From Somniosus microcephalus (Eukaryota), in the NCBI GenBank assembly GCA_052327205.1, contig CM126224.1, positions 64,666,001 to 64,730,000 of the forward strand: a DNA stretch of 64,000 bases. The letters are read 5' to 3'. The translations under genes were made by a program, and so were the position numbers. Of the stretch, positions 36,108 to 47,558 are shown in pieces. Position 1 is the stretch's first letter, and each line of letters begins with the position of its first letter. The notes beneath the pieces are model-generated. The model did no database searches and was not told the origin of the DNA. It saw only the letters and a list, made by a program, of their open reading frames with translations.

Positions 36108-37090
36108 CTCAGCTGAGGCATTCTCGCCTCTGAGCCAGAAGGTTGTGGGTTCAAGCCCCCCTCCAGAGACTTGAACTCTAATAATCTAGGCTGACACTCC
36201 GCTGCAGTGCTGAGGGAGCGCCACACTGTCGGAGAGGCATACTGAGGGAGTGCTGCACTGTCGGAGGGGCAGTACTGAGGGAGCGCCGCACTGTCGGAGA
36301 GGCATACTGAGGGAGTGCTGCACTGTTGGAGGGGCAGTACTGAGGGAGCGCTGCACTGTCGGAGGGTCAGTACTGAGTGAGCGCTGCACTGTCGGAGGGT
36401 CAGTATTGAGGGAGCGCCGCACTGTCGGAGGGGCAGTACTGAGGGAGTGCCGCACTGTCGGAGGGGCAGTACTGAGGGAGCGCTGCACTGTCGGAGGGGC
36501 AGCACTGAGGGAGCGCCGCACTGTCGGAGGGGCAGTACTGAGGGAGCGCCGCACTGTCGGAGGGGCAGCACTGAGGGAGCGCCGCACTGTCGGAGGGGCG
36601 GTACTGAGGGAGCGCTGCACTGTCGGAGGGGCGGTACTGAGGGAGTGCCGCACTGTCGGAGGGGCGGTACTGAGGGAGCGCCGCACTGTCGGAGGGGCGG
36701 TACTGAGGGAGTGCCGCACTGTCGGAGGGGCGGTACTGAGGGAGTGTCGGAGGGGCGGTACTGAGGGAGTGCCGCACTGTCGGAGGGGCAGTACTGAGGA
36801 GGTGCTGTCTTTCGGATGAGACGTTAAACTGCGCGCTCGGGTGGATGGAGAAGATCCCATGGCACTATTGGAAGAAGAGCAGGGGAGTTATCCCCGGTGT
36901 CCTGGCCAATATTAACTAATATCACTGAACCAGATTATCTGGTCATTTTCACATTCCTGTTTATGGGAGATTGCTGTGTGCAAATTGGCTGCTGTGTTTC
37001 CTACATTACAACAGTGAAAAAGTATTTAATTGGCTGTGGGATCTCCTGTGGTCCTGAAAGGTGTTTATATAATTACAAGTTCTTTCTTTA
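36108..37090 (+). mobile_element. Near full-length DeuSINE with an internal tandem expansion
   Basis: tRNA-like head with box B GGTTCAAGCC; Deu domain GTCTTTCGGATGAGACGTTAAAC; tail ending AAGTTCTTTCTTT. Confidence 0.88.
36205..36800. repeat. 33-bp minisatellite CAGTACTGAGGGAGCGCCGCACTGTCGGAGGGG, about 18 units
   Basis: Directly visible; accounts for the 11-aa-periodic ORFs in this interval. Confidence 0.97.
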
Positions 37091-37765
37091 TCAGCTCCTT
37101 TTGAGTCTTTCATTTTGATACTTGGGAATATTTTGTATTTTATTTCCCCTGTTGAGCTTTAAACATCCCCCATGAGACGAATCAAACTCACCTCAGTGAG
37201 CGAAACATAACTGCTAATGCTGGGAACCTGAGACAAACCAAATCCTGGCCAGGCTCAGCCAGCACCTGTGGAGGGAGCAGAGCCGTTACATTTCAGGCGT
37301 GAGTCAGTGCCAAATGTGGGATTGGATAAGCACTATCTTTTTTAAATGGGAAGTGTAAGGGTGCTTGTGGATGGTATTGTTGGACTGGGTGAGGTGCTTC
37401 GTGCAGTACTGCAGGGGACAGTGCTTTGGACCCCTGTTTATTATCTCTCTAAATGACCTGGATGCAGGTAGGAGTCTGAGCATATACCTCTAATATGCTA
37501 TGTAGCATCTCTTGAATTTGTGTTGAAGCTTTGCAGTGCACTGGGATGACGAGGGGTGGGTGGGGGTGGCAAGTACTGTTGAAGAAGGTATATCAGTCAG
37601 TTAGATATTAACACCAGGTATTTCCTTTAGGGGTTCTCCTGATCGACAGCTATTGCTTTGGTGGAAACCCCGTTTATGCATGTATTCGGGGTGTCCTCCA
37701 ATCTTCTGCCACAGTTACTGTGGCCGATTGGGAGAACCCCAAGGAATTTCCTGGTGAAAGTATTA

Positions 37766-39240
37766 AGAACCTAAGAAATAGGAGAGGGAGTAGGCCATTC
37801 GGCCCCTCGAGCCTGCCCCGCCATTCAGTAAGATCGTGGCTGATCTGATCTTGGCCTCTGCCACTTTCCTGCCTGCTCCCCATAACCCTTGACTCCCCCT
37901 GTAGCTCAAATATCTGTCTATCTCCGCCGTGAATATATTCAATGACTCCGCCTCCACAGCTCTCTGGGGTAGAGAATTCCAAAGATTCACAACCCTGAGA
38001 AGAAATTCCTCCACATCTCCATTTTTAAATGGGCGACCCCTTATCCTGAAACTGTGCCCCCTAGTTCTAGATTCCCCCACGAGGGGAAACATCCATCCTG
38101 CATCTACCCTGTCAAGCCCCCTCAAAATCTTATGTTTTAATAAGATCACCTCTCATTCTTCTAAACTCCGATGAGTATAGGCCCAACCTGCTCAACCTTG
38201 CTTAAGACAACCCCTTCATCTCAGGAATTAACCTTGTGAACCTTCTCTGAACTGCCTCCAATGCAAGTATATCCCTCCTTAAATAAGAAGACCAAAACTG
38301 TACACTGTACTCCAGGTGTGGTCTCACCAACGCCCTGTACAGTTGTAGCAAGACTTCCCTACTTTTATATTCCATCCCCCTTGCAATAAAGGCTAACATT
38401 CCATTTGCCTTCCTAATGACTTGCTGTACCTGCATGCTAACTTTGTGATTCATGTATAAGGACCCCCAGATCCCTCTGTACTGCAGCATTTTGTAGTCTC
38501 CATTTAAATAATTTGCTTTTTTATTTTCCTACCAAAGTGGATATCCTCACATTTTCCCACATTATACTCCATCTGCCAAATTTTTGCCCACTCACTTAAC
38601 CTCTCTATATCCCTTTCAGACTCTGCCCTCCTCACAACTTGCTTTCCTACCTATCTTTGTATTATCAGTAAATTTGGCTACAGTACGCACGGTCCTTTCA
38701 TCCAAGTCATTAATATAGATTGTAAATAGTTGAGGCCCCAGCACTGATCGCTGTGGCACCCCACTAGTTACAGTTTGCAACCGGAAATTTACCCATTTAT
38801 CCTGACTCTGTTAGTTAGCCAATCCTCTATCCATGCTAATATATTACCCACAAACCTGTGAGCTCTTATCTTGTGCAGTAACCTTTTATGTGGCACCTTA
38901 TCGAATGCCTTCTGGAAATCCAAATACACTACATCTACTGGTTCCCCTTTATCCACCCTGCTCGTTACATCCTCAAAGAACTTTAGTAAATTTGTCAAAC
39001 ACGTTTCCCTTTCATACAATCAAGCAGAGTCAACATGGTTTTATTATGATTTTCTAAATGTCCTGCTATTAATTCCTTAATGGATTCCAGCATTTTCCCA
39101 ATGACTGACAGATGTTAGGCTAACTGGCCTATAGTTTCCTGCTTTTTGCCTCCCTCCTTTCTTGAATAGGGGCGTTACATTTGCGGTTTTCCAATCCGCT
39201 AGGACCTCTCTCGAATCCAGGGAATCTTGGTAGATTACAA
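37766..39240 (-). mobile_element. CR1 LINE, RT to 3' end
   Basis: GNYRPVSLT, YLDFQKAFDKVPH, LVRPHLEYSVQFW, TRGHSF. Confidence 0.92.
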
Positions 39241-39752
39241 CCAAAATTATCAATTGTACACAGGATGCACCAGACCATTTCAAGGTGATCTAAATTTAAA
39301 CTATTGAAAAGTAAATTCAGCAAGTCCTGTAAAAGGGAAGGGGGGGTGGGGGGAGAATTGTTCTGCTCAGGAAAGGATGATTAAATGTTGGATTAATCTA
39401 CTACGTAAGGTGATGGAATCAAAGGCTGGGTGGTCAAGTATGCTGTTGTATGTTAGGCAACATGAGCCTGAGTGCTGGAGGGATGAACTATGATAGCCAA
39501 ATGGTCTCCTCTTGTTCTTCCTAACAATCTGAGATGAGGCTGGAATTATGGAAAACAGGCACTTGCGGGGGGGGGGGGGGGGGGCAGATGGTAATAAGCA
39601 GGGAAGGAATCTGAGAGTTGCTGTGGGAACCAAGGCTTTAAAGTGGAGCTGGGTTGGTGGAGTTGGTCATCAGCATAGTCCGATTGTGCTGTGCCTCTAC
39701 CTGGTTTATTACTGTCATTGGTCCAGAGATGCATGAAATCACAGTGCAGCAT

Positions 39753-40055
39753 CTAGAATCATACAGCACAGAAGGGGGCCAGTGTGCCAGCTCTTTGAAG
39801 GAGTTATCCAAATAGTCACCCCCCCCCCCCCCCCCCCTCTCCATAATGCTGCATTTTTTTTCTTTTCAAGTGCATATACACACACTTCCCTTTTGGAAGT
39901 TACTATTGAATCTGCTTCCACACCCTTTAGGCAGTGAATTCCAAATCACCACAACTTGCTGCATTAAAAAAAATAAAAAATTCTCCTCTCCCCTTGGTGT
40001 TTTTTTTTGCCAGTTATCTTAAATCTGTGTCCGCTGGTTACTGACCCTCCTGTCA
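39753..40055 (-). mobile_element. CR1 3' fragment
   Basis: TAGAATCATACAGCACAGAAG tail and reverse CR1 3' sequence. Confidence 0.75.
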
Positions 40056-40061
40056 CCGTAA

Positions 40062-40620
40062 GGGTGACCCCGGGCTTCCGGTCGCCTGTCATTTTAATTC
40101 ACTGCTCCATTCCCACTCGGACCTCACCGTCCTTGGCCTCTTGTATTGTTCCACGGAAGCTCAACGTAAACTCGAGGAACAGCACCTCATCTTCTGATTA
40201 GGCAGTCTGCAGCCTTCCGGACTCAATATCGAGTTCAACAATTTCAGATCATAAGCTCGGCCCCTATTTCATTTTTTCTTGTAATTTTTCCACTCCTTTC
40301 TCTCCCCCCCCCCCCCCCCCCTTTCCTTTTGTTTCTCTCTCACACCTGGCAGCTATCTCTTGCCCTGCCAGTACGCTTTACACCTAATCCCAGCCTATTA
40401 CCATCTCGTCTAGCTTCTAATCTCTTTTACTTCTTTTGTTTCTTTTATTCTTTTGTCCAATCGCAGCCCTGCCTTCGATCTAGTTTCTTTCCAGTTTTGA
40501 AGAAGGGTTCGACCCGAAACGTCAACTCAAATTTCTCTCCACGGATGTTGCCTGACCTGCTGAGTTTTTCCAGCATTTTCTGTTGTTATTTCGGATTTCC
40601 AACATCTGCAGTATTTTGCT
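40062..40620 (+). mobile_element. Penelope-like 3' fragment
   Basis: RKLEEQHLIF..QPSGLNIEFNNF; hammerhead-like motif at 40493-40527. Confidence 0.82.
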
Positions 40621-40634
40621 ATCGTAATAAGGTC

Positions 40635-42720
40635 ACAACCACTGGTATTTATGTAACGCCTTTAATTTAGAAACCACTCAACACTTTTTTGAAGGAGAAG
40701 GAAATATAGATTAAAGGAATGGATGTAGAGGTAACTGCAAGTTTGGCTGAAACACTGTTTTTAGATTGATTTAAAGGTGAAGAAGTGGATGAGTTTGGGA
40801 ATGGAGTTCAAGCCCTTGGGGCCGAGATGCCTGAAGAGTCTACCACTGGATTCTGGGCTGTGGGGGGAGGTGTTGGGGGAGGGAATGCAAAGAAGGCCAG
40901 GTTTGGAGGGCATGAGAGTGAGTGTAAGGCTGTAGAAGGTTGCTGACCACGGAGAGATTTGAAAATGTGAGCGGAGTTGCTAGGAGACAGTAAACCACAG
41001 TTTAAATTGGGAAGAATGGGTGTGCAGGACAGGATATAGGAAACTAGGATTTGAACAATCATGATTTCTGAAAAATGGGAGGCTAGCAAGGATGACATTG
41101 TGGAAACACATGGATATGGGTTTTACTGACAATGGGGTGGAGGCAAATGATACGGAACTTATAAGTAAGAGATCTTGGTGATGGATATGGTTGAGATGTT
41201 TGTAGTTTAGCTTAATGATGAACAAGACAGCAAGGTTTTGCACAACTCGTGACCCAGAGAGGCAAGGGTTTGTGTGGCAAGCAAATTAAGTTTATGGTAG
41301 TGGCTGAAAACTCTGGTTTTGGTCACCTTAATGATTTGATGTCTGGGCTCAAGGGAAATGGTAGATGGGTAGAACCAGAGGCTGCCAGCATACTTCTGGA
41401 AGCTGACCCTGTTCCTGTGGAAGATGTCACTGAAGGGCAACATGTAGATGGGAAGAAGAGGGGGAACCAAGTTGTGTACAGGATGGGAAGATGAGCTGTT
41501 GCTGGAGATGTGTTAGGCAATGTAATAGTGGAACAATCCCATGAAGCTGTATAACAGAACGGGTGACAGAAGAGAATGGTGTGGCTGATCATATCCTGCA
41601 GAGAAGTTGTGAATATGTAAGGATGACTCACTGTGGCTAGAGGTTGCTGTTGATGACTTTGATAGGGCTGGTCTCAGTACCATGCAGGGTAGAAACCAGA
41701 ATAAAGGGATTTGAGCAGGAAGTTTTGGGAAAGGTTTGCATGGAGCTGGGAGGTGATGACATGATCAGAGGTTAGAGATGGGCCTGTATTTAGAGAGGCT
41801 AGATAGCTTTTGAGGAGAGAGTGGCAATGGTGGCTTTGCAAGGCTGGAGGATGATATCTGAGCAAAGGGAGTCATTAGCAATGCCTGTAAACATGGGGGC
41901 TTGGGGGAGGAGGTAGTTGAGTGCTGAGGCTTGGGAGTGGATTGAGGGAACAAGAGGTGGGTGTCATAGAACAGTTGAGCTTGGAGAGAGAAGGGGACAT
42001 GGGGGAGAAGCTGCAGCATGATGGGATTGGAGACAAGGTTGGTGGGGAGGTAGTGGTAGAAACAACTGCACAGATGGTCTCCTGTTTAAGAAAGTTGTGA
42101 TCTTGCACGGTGTGGGGAAAAGGGGTTTGTGGAAGCAGCTTGCAATGGAGAACAGGAGCCTCGGGTTGTCCTTGCTCTTCAGTAGTAGGACTTGGCTGAG
42201 TAAAGTGACGAGCAGTCAAGCTGGTGAATGGCTCGACCAGTAATGTGACGGGTGCACTTCGGTTTGCAGCCCTTGGGATTGAAAATGGAGATTCTTTATC
42301 AGGAAGCAGCAGAATGAGTGAGAGCACTTGAGTGGGTCAACAGTGGCAGAGGTATTGTGATGGGTCAGGGGGTGGAAGTATTTGGGAGGCTGAATTGGTG
42401 GGGTGGGTGGGGGGTTCTCTAGGTGGGGTTTGGGGAAGGCGAGGGTTGTGGCTGGTAAGGTGATCTCTGATCCCCTTTACTGTCTCTCTCGGTGATTGAG
42501 TACTCGGGAAGGGTGGGGTGGGGGGCAGTTTGTGAAGGATGAGTTGAGTAAGAATAGGGGGACAGAATTTGGAGATGGAGCTAGGGGAGTTTAGGTCTAG
42601 ATTGAAATCATTGAGGATGAGTCACTGGTTCGAGAAACTAAAAGGCTGTCTTGGTGAGGATGTTGAGATACTTGAGAAGGCGGTTGTGTGCATACCAGTG
42701 ATTACTGGACAGTGACATGA
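40635..42720 (-). mobile_element. Old L2-like LINE
   Basis: Minus strand PPLLPIYMLPFSDI and LSKYRPISNL; purine-rich plus strand; heavily degenerate. Confidence 0.65.
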
Positions 42721-44179
42721 ACAAAACTCACATGATCACACTTTGCCAGTGAGATTCCTCAAAAGGGGCGCCCAATTCTTTGATAATTGCCAGAGGATCC
42801 TGGTTTCATATGTGGCTGCAGCAATGGGCAATGTGTTCATCTCTAGGGAGCTGGGAACCTGCTGACCTGTTGGGCAGTGGTTAAGGCACAAGATATTTAA
42901 TATAAAGATGGACTCTGTATTTTCTGAGTGAATATGATTATAGCCTAGGCTCTGCAGGAACCACCTATTCAGTTTGTAGTAAATGTTATTGTGACATAGT
43001 GGACAGGAAGTGCTGTGTGTGGTTGTCGAGGGTCTGTGCCAGTTCAATTTTCCTTGTCTTAAATGTTCTTTGCTCCTCAATATTTCTAAACTAAGGAGCA
43101 AGTCTCCAAGCTCTCAGTACAAGTAACTTCGATTGGTCAGGTGTTGAGTGCAAACATTCTGTTCTCTTTTGCCCAAAGTAGAAGACTAATGTGATAAATA
43201 TCCAGAAGATATATTAGACAAGCCTTTCAGAATCCAAATTTAAAAGGCAAGAAAAGCTATGCTGTTTAGATGGCATGGCAACACCAGGAACCAATCCTAT
43301 TTCCCTCTACTGCTTTAAAGAGAACCAATAAAACAGGCCTGTCCCACAAGCATTAGCATAGCATGAACCAAGGTACTAATTAGAATTCAGCACTCTCGAC
43401 TGAGATTACAATGCCCCAGCTAGCCTGTGGTACGGCATGACTGTCCACAATGTCCTGTATTATTTAAGAATGGTGGGAGAAAGAAACTAGGTAACTACAT
43501 ACATGTCAGATTAGCGATAGTTGTGGGGAAGCTACTAGAATCTGTCATTGGGGATAGAGTGACTGGGCACTTGAACAAATTAGGTCTGATCAGAGAGCCA
43601 ACATAGCTTTAAGGCTAAGTCATGTCTGAGTAATCTAGTTGAGTTTTTCGAGGGGGTCACTAATGAGGTAGATATGGGAGTGTCTATGGATGTGATCACT
43701 ATGGACTTCCAGTCGGCATTCGATAAGGTTCCACACGAGGCTATTGGCAACAATGAGAGAGCACGGAATTGGAGGTAGCCTTTTGACTTAGGTTGGAAAT
43801 TGGTTCGGAGGTAGGAGACAGAGTGGGGATAAAGGGTAGCAACTCTGATTGGTGGGATATGATGAATGGTGTTCCCCAGGGATCTGTACTGGGGCCTCAT
43901 CTTTTCACTATTTATCAATGACTTGGATGAAGGAATAGAGTTGCATATCCAAGTTTGCAGATGACACCAAGTTAGGAGGCACAGTAAGTAGTGCAGATGG
44001 GAGCAAGATGTTGCAAAGGGACTTAGACAGATTAAATGAGTGGGCAAAACTGACACATGGAGTTCAGTGTGGGCAAGCGTGAGGCCATCCACTTTGGACC
44101 CAAGAAAGATAGATCAAATTATCTTCTAAATGCTGAAAAACTAGGGACTGTTGAGGAGAAAAGAGATTTGGGAGTCCTT

Positions 44180-44895
44180 GGGGAGAAATTCAGTATCGCC
44201 CCGTTTTTGAAATTCTGAAAAATTAGCACCAGGTGCTAATGATGGTGAGCTTCCAGTAGATTGTCTGTTAGTGCTCCAGGAAGGAAGTGGAGCTCTAAAT
44301 CAAGGGCTACCACTTCCCTTGGAGCGCTAAAGCTGGCTGGAGGGGCGGTAGGGGTGCAGCACTACCCAATGTCGAGGGCGGTGCTGCTGGGAACTGAGGC
44401 TCCTTCCCTCCTTTAAAGGAAGGGCCATTGTTGCAGGCTCTGAAATGAAACGAGGTCCCTCGTCGCCGACAGCATCTGCGAACCGCCACGATCAGCCCCA
44501 AGCACTCTAGCAGAGTGCAGAGCTGATCGATCGTGGCCCAAGAAAATAATGAAAAATGAATGTTAAGCTTCATGACTTTTTTTTTCCCCCGCAACCATTA
44601 ACCCCTTTAAACAGTGCCCCTGAAGCGCCCGGCCTCCCGAACAATGGCTCCTGCAGCTGTCGGTGTGGTCGCCCGGCGATGCTGCAGGGGGCGGAACTGA
44701 ATTTCAGGTCCGGGGTGATGCGCAGGACGATGACATCGTGATCTCTGGGCGCAGGAGATCATGGGGTTACCGCCACCGCAAACCTCCAGGTGAATTTAGT
44801 AGGAGTTGTCTCTTTCGCTGTGCCTGGGCGATAAGTCGTTAGCGCCCCGTTATCACCCCCCCTGGAGGTGCTAACCAACAGCATTTCTACCCCCA
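44180..44895. mobile_element. GC-rich MITE with GGGG(T)AGAAAT termini
   Basis: Left GGGGAGAAATTC, right CATTTCTACCCC; interrupts CR1; shares internal motifs (CTGAATTTCAG, GATGAC) with 19164-19885. Confidence 0.72.
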
Positions 44896-45227
44896 GTACC
44901 CATATCATTAAAAGCCAGTATATAGGCGCTAAAAGCAATCAAAAAGGCGATGGTTAGCCTGTATCTCGAGGGCTGGAATACAAAGGGTAGGAAGTTATGT
45001 TTCAGTTGTACAGAGCCTTGGTCAGACCCTATCTGGACACTGCGCTCAACTTTGGGCATGGCACCTCCGGAAGGATATACAGTATTGGCCTTGGAGTGGG
45101 TGCAGCACAGAGTCACCAGAATGATACCGGGGCTTAGAGGGTTAAATTGAGGGCAGGTTGCATAATCCTGGCTTGTAGTCCCTTGAGTATTGGAGATTGA
45201 GGGTTGATCTGTTCGAGATGTTTAAAA

Positions 45228-46113
45228 GTGTACAGCGATTTGTATCTAACAGTGTGAATGGCCAAGCGATCCCTCAAAACTTATTGTTTGGGTTGAACAT
45301 TCACTCAGTGAACGATCTGCTGATAAACATGGTGATGAGTGATGAAAATGACATATTTATATTACAACTGTTGCTACACCGCCCTTTGCATTCTGCCCCG
45401 ACTGCAAGGACATGGCTTTGCTTAGCACAGAGGAGCAGAACGCCCACTGTCTACAGCATGGCTTCATGCTTCACACAAAGTACCAGGTGGTGTATCCCTT
45501 CCCCACATTTCAGCCTGCCTTCCAGCTCAAGAAAGACGGAGTGGTGTTACTCAATACCAGCTACTGACTGGTAGCATGTGCAATATCGGTAAACACAACG
45601 GGTGAGAAAGGACAGATTCTGTACAGTAAGAGCAGTGAAAACAGCGAACCGCCAGGATCCCGTGAGGTGGACCCTAGTCTTATTTCACCAGTAATGGACA
45701 GTGTCGTGTCCGGTTATCAGCAGTGCGAAGGCATGAATCGCCCTTTAGCCAGCGACGGAACATCGGACTGCATCTTCCACAAAGCCGACACTAACAGCTG
45801 CTCGCGCACTGAAAGCTGCTCTGAGGAAACGCTGAGCTGGGAACTTAAAAGCTCTAAGCACGTGGTATTGGCTGAGTGTAACCCGGCCCACTGTGACTGA
45901 TCCTCTGCCGCAGGCAAGGCAAAGGAATTTGCAGCTGACATTTTCAGGCGAGCCCGAGCTGCCACGAGTGCCACTGAAGCGTCGTGTAGTTTAGGTGAAG
46001 CTGTATCCAAACAAAAGGAAGATGCCCTACAAGGGCCAGCCACAGAAGACTGCCGCAAGCTGCTCAGTACACAGAGAAACGAGGCGTCTGAATTCGCACC
46101 TTCCTCCTCTGAG
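45228..46113 (+). pseudogene. DCAF15: Processed pseudogene fragment of DCAF15 (DDB1- and CUL4-associated factor 15)
   Basis: Translates, across frameshifts, VYSDLYLTV(C)EWPSD...[15 protein letters not shown]...[47 protein letters not shown]...GKAKEFAADIFRRAR, matching DCAF15 motifs as I recall them; stops at 45565 and 45898; no intron-like gaps. Confidence 0.9.
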
Positions 46114-47255
46114 CATAAGAGATTAGTGTGTAAAGTTAAAGCACATGAGATTGGGGGCAAGGTACTGACTTGGATAGAGAACTGGCTGGCAGACAGGAAG
46201 CAAAGAGTTGGAATAAACGGCTCTTCCAAGTGGCAGGCAGTGACTAGTGGGGTACCGCAGGGATCGGTCCTTGGACCCCAGCTGTTCACAATATATATTA
46301 ATGATCTAGACGAGGGAACTAGATGTAATATCTCCAAGTTTGCAGACGACACAAAGCTGGGTGGGCGTGTGTGCTGTGAGGAAGATGCCGAGAAACTCCA
46401 GTATGATTTGGACAGGTTGGGTGATTGGGCAGATGTATGGCAGATGCAGTATAATGTGGATAAATGCAAGGTTATCCACTTTGGTGGCAAAAACAGGAAG
46501 GCAGATTATTATCTGAACGGCAATAGATTGGGAGAAGGGGAAGTGCAACGAGACCTGGGTGTCCTTGTGCACCAGTCACTGAAAGTAAGTATGCAGGTGC
46601 AGCAGGTGGTTAAGAAGGCAAATGGTATGTTGGCCTTCATAGCGAGAGGGTTCGAGTACAGGAACTAGGATGTTTTGCTGCAGTTGTACAGGGACTTGGT
46701 GAGACCACACCTTGAGTATTGTGTGCAGTTTTGGTCGCCTTATCTGAGGAAGGATGTTCTTGCCATGGAGGGAGTGCAGCGAAGATTCACCAGACTGATA
46801 CCTGGGATGGCAGGAATGACATATGAGGAGAGATTGGGTCGATTGGGCTTATATTTGCTGGAGTTTAGAAGAATGAGGAGATCTCATTGAAATTTATATA
46901 ATTCTAACAGGACTAGACAGACTAGATGCAGGAAGGATGTTCCTGATGGTGGGGGAGTCCAGAACCAGGGGTCACAGTCTAAGGATAAGGGGTAAGCCTT
47001 TTAGGACAGAGATGAGGAGGAATTTCTTCACCCAGAGAGTGGTGAACCTGTGGAATTCTTTGCCAAAGAAGGCAGTAGAGGACAATTCATTAAATATATT
47101 CAAGAAGGAGTTAGATATATTTCTTAAGGCTAAAGGGATATGGGGAGAAGGCAGGGACCGGGTACTGAATTTGGATGATCAGCCATGATCTCATTGAATG
47201 GCGGAGCAGGCTCGAGGGGCCGAATGGCCGCCTCCTCTTATCTTCTATGTTTCTA
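46114..47255 (+). mobile_element. CR1 3' half joined to the DCAF15 fragment
   Basis: [27 protein letters not shown], 3' UTR and TTCTATGTTTCTA tail. Confidence 0.93.
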
Positions 47256-47558
47256 TAAAATGTTTAAAGGATTTGATAGGGTAGATACGGAGAAACTATT
47301 TTCTCTGGAATCAAAGCACTTTTTCACACAAAGGATGGTAGAAATTTGGAACTATCTGCTCCAAAAGATGAGAAAATAAAGTTGAGGCTCAGATCAGCCA
47401 TGATCTATTTAAGTAGCAGAGCAGGCCCGAGGGGCTGAACAGTCTACTCTTATTCCTGATGTTCCTGTATCTAATACATGTCCTGTGTCAAACTAACACT
47501 ATACCTTTGTAGTTGGGTCACTGTACCTGCACTAACCTGTACTGTGCAAAATACAATA

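Larger units (their letters stand above)
43440..47470 (+). mobile_element. Old CR1 that hosts a MITE (44180-44895) and the DCAF15-CR1 chimera (45228-47255)
   Basis: CR1 sequence is continuous across both inserts, e.g. GAGATGTT-TAAAA-[insert]-TAAAA-TGTTTAAAGGATTTGATAGGGTAG. Confidence 0.85.

Noticed and set aside
36047-36860. Long ORFs with 11-aa repeats (STAPPTVRRSL, VLPLRQCGAPS and similar)
   Set aside because: Artefacts of a stop-poor 33-bp tandem repeat inside a SINE.
39560-40325. Long G/C homopolymers as functional G-quadruplexes
   Set aside because: They lie within decayed repeats, and homopolymer lengths are unreliable in assemblies.
45228-46113. Functional DCAF15 gene exons
   Set aside because: In-frame stops, frameshifts, no splice sites, and it sits inside a TSD-bounded insertion.
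45717-46490. 257-aa minus-strand ORF
   Set aside because: Antisense shadow of the DCAF15-CR1 junction.
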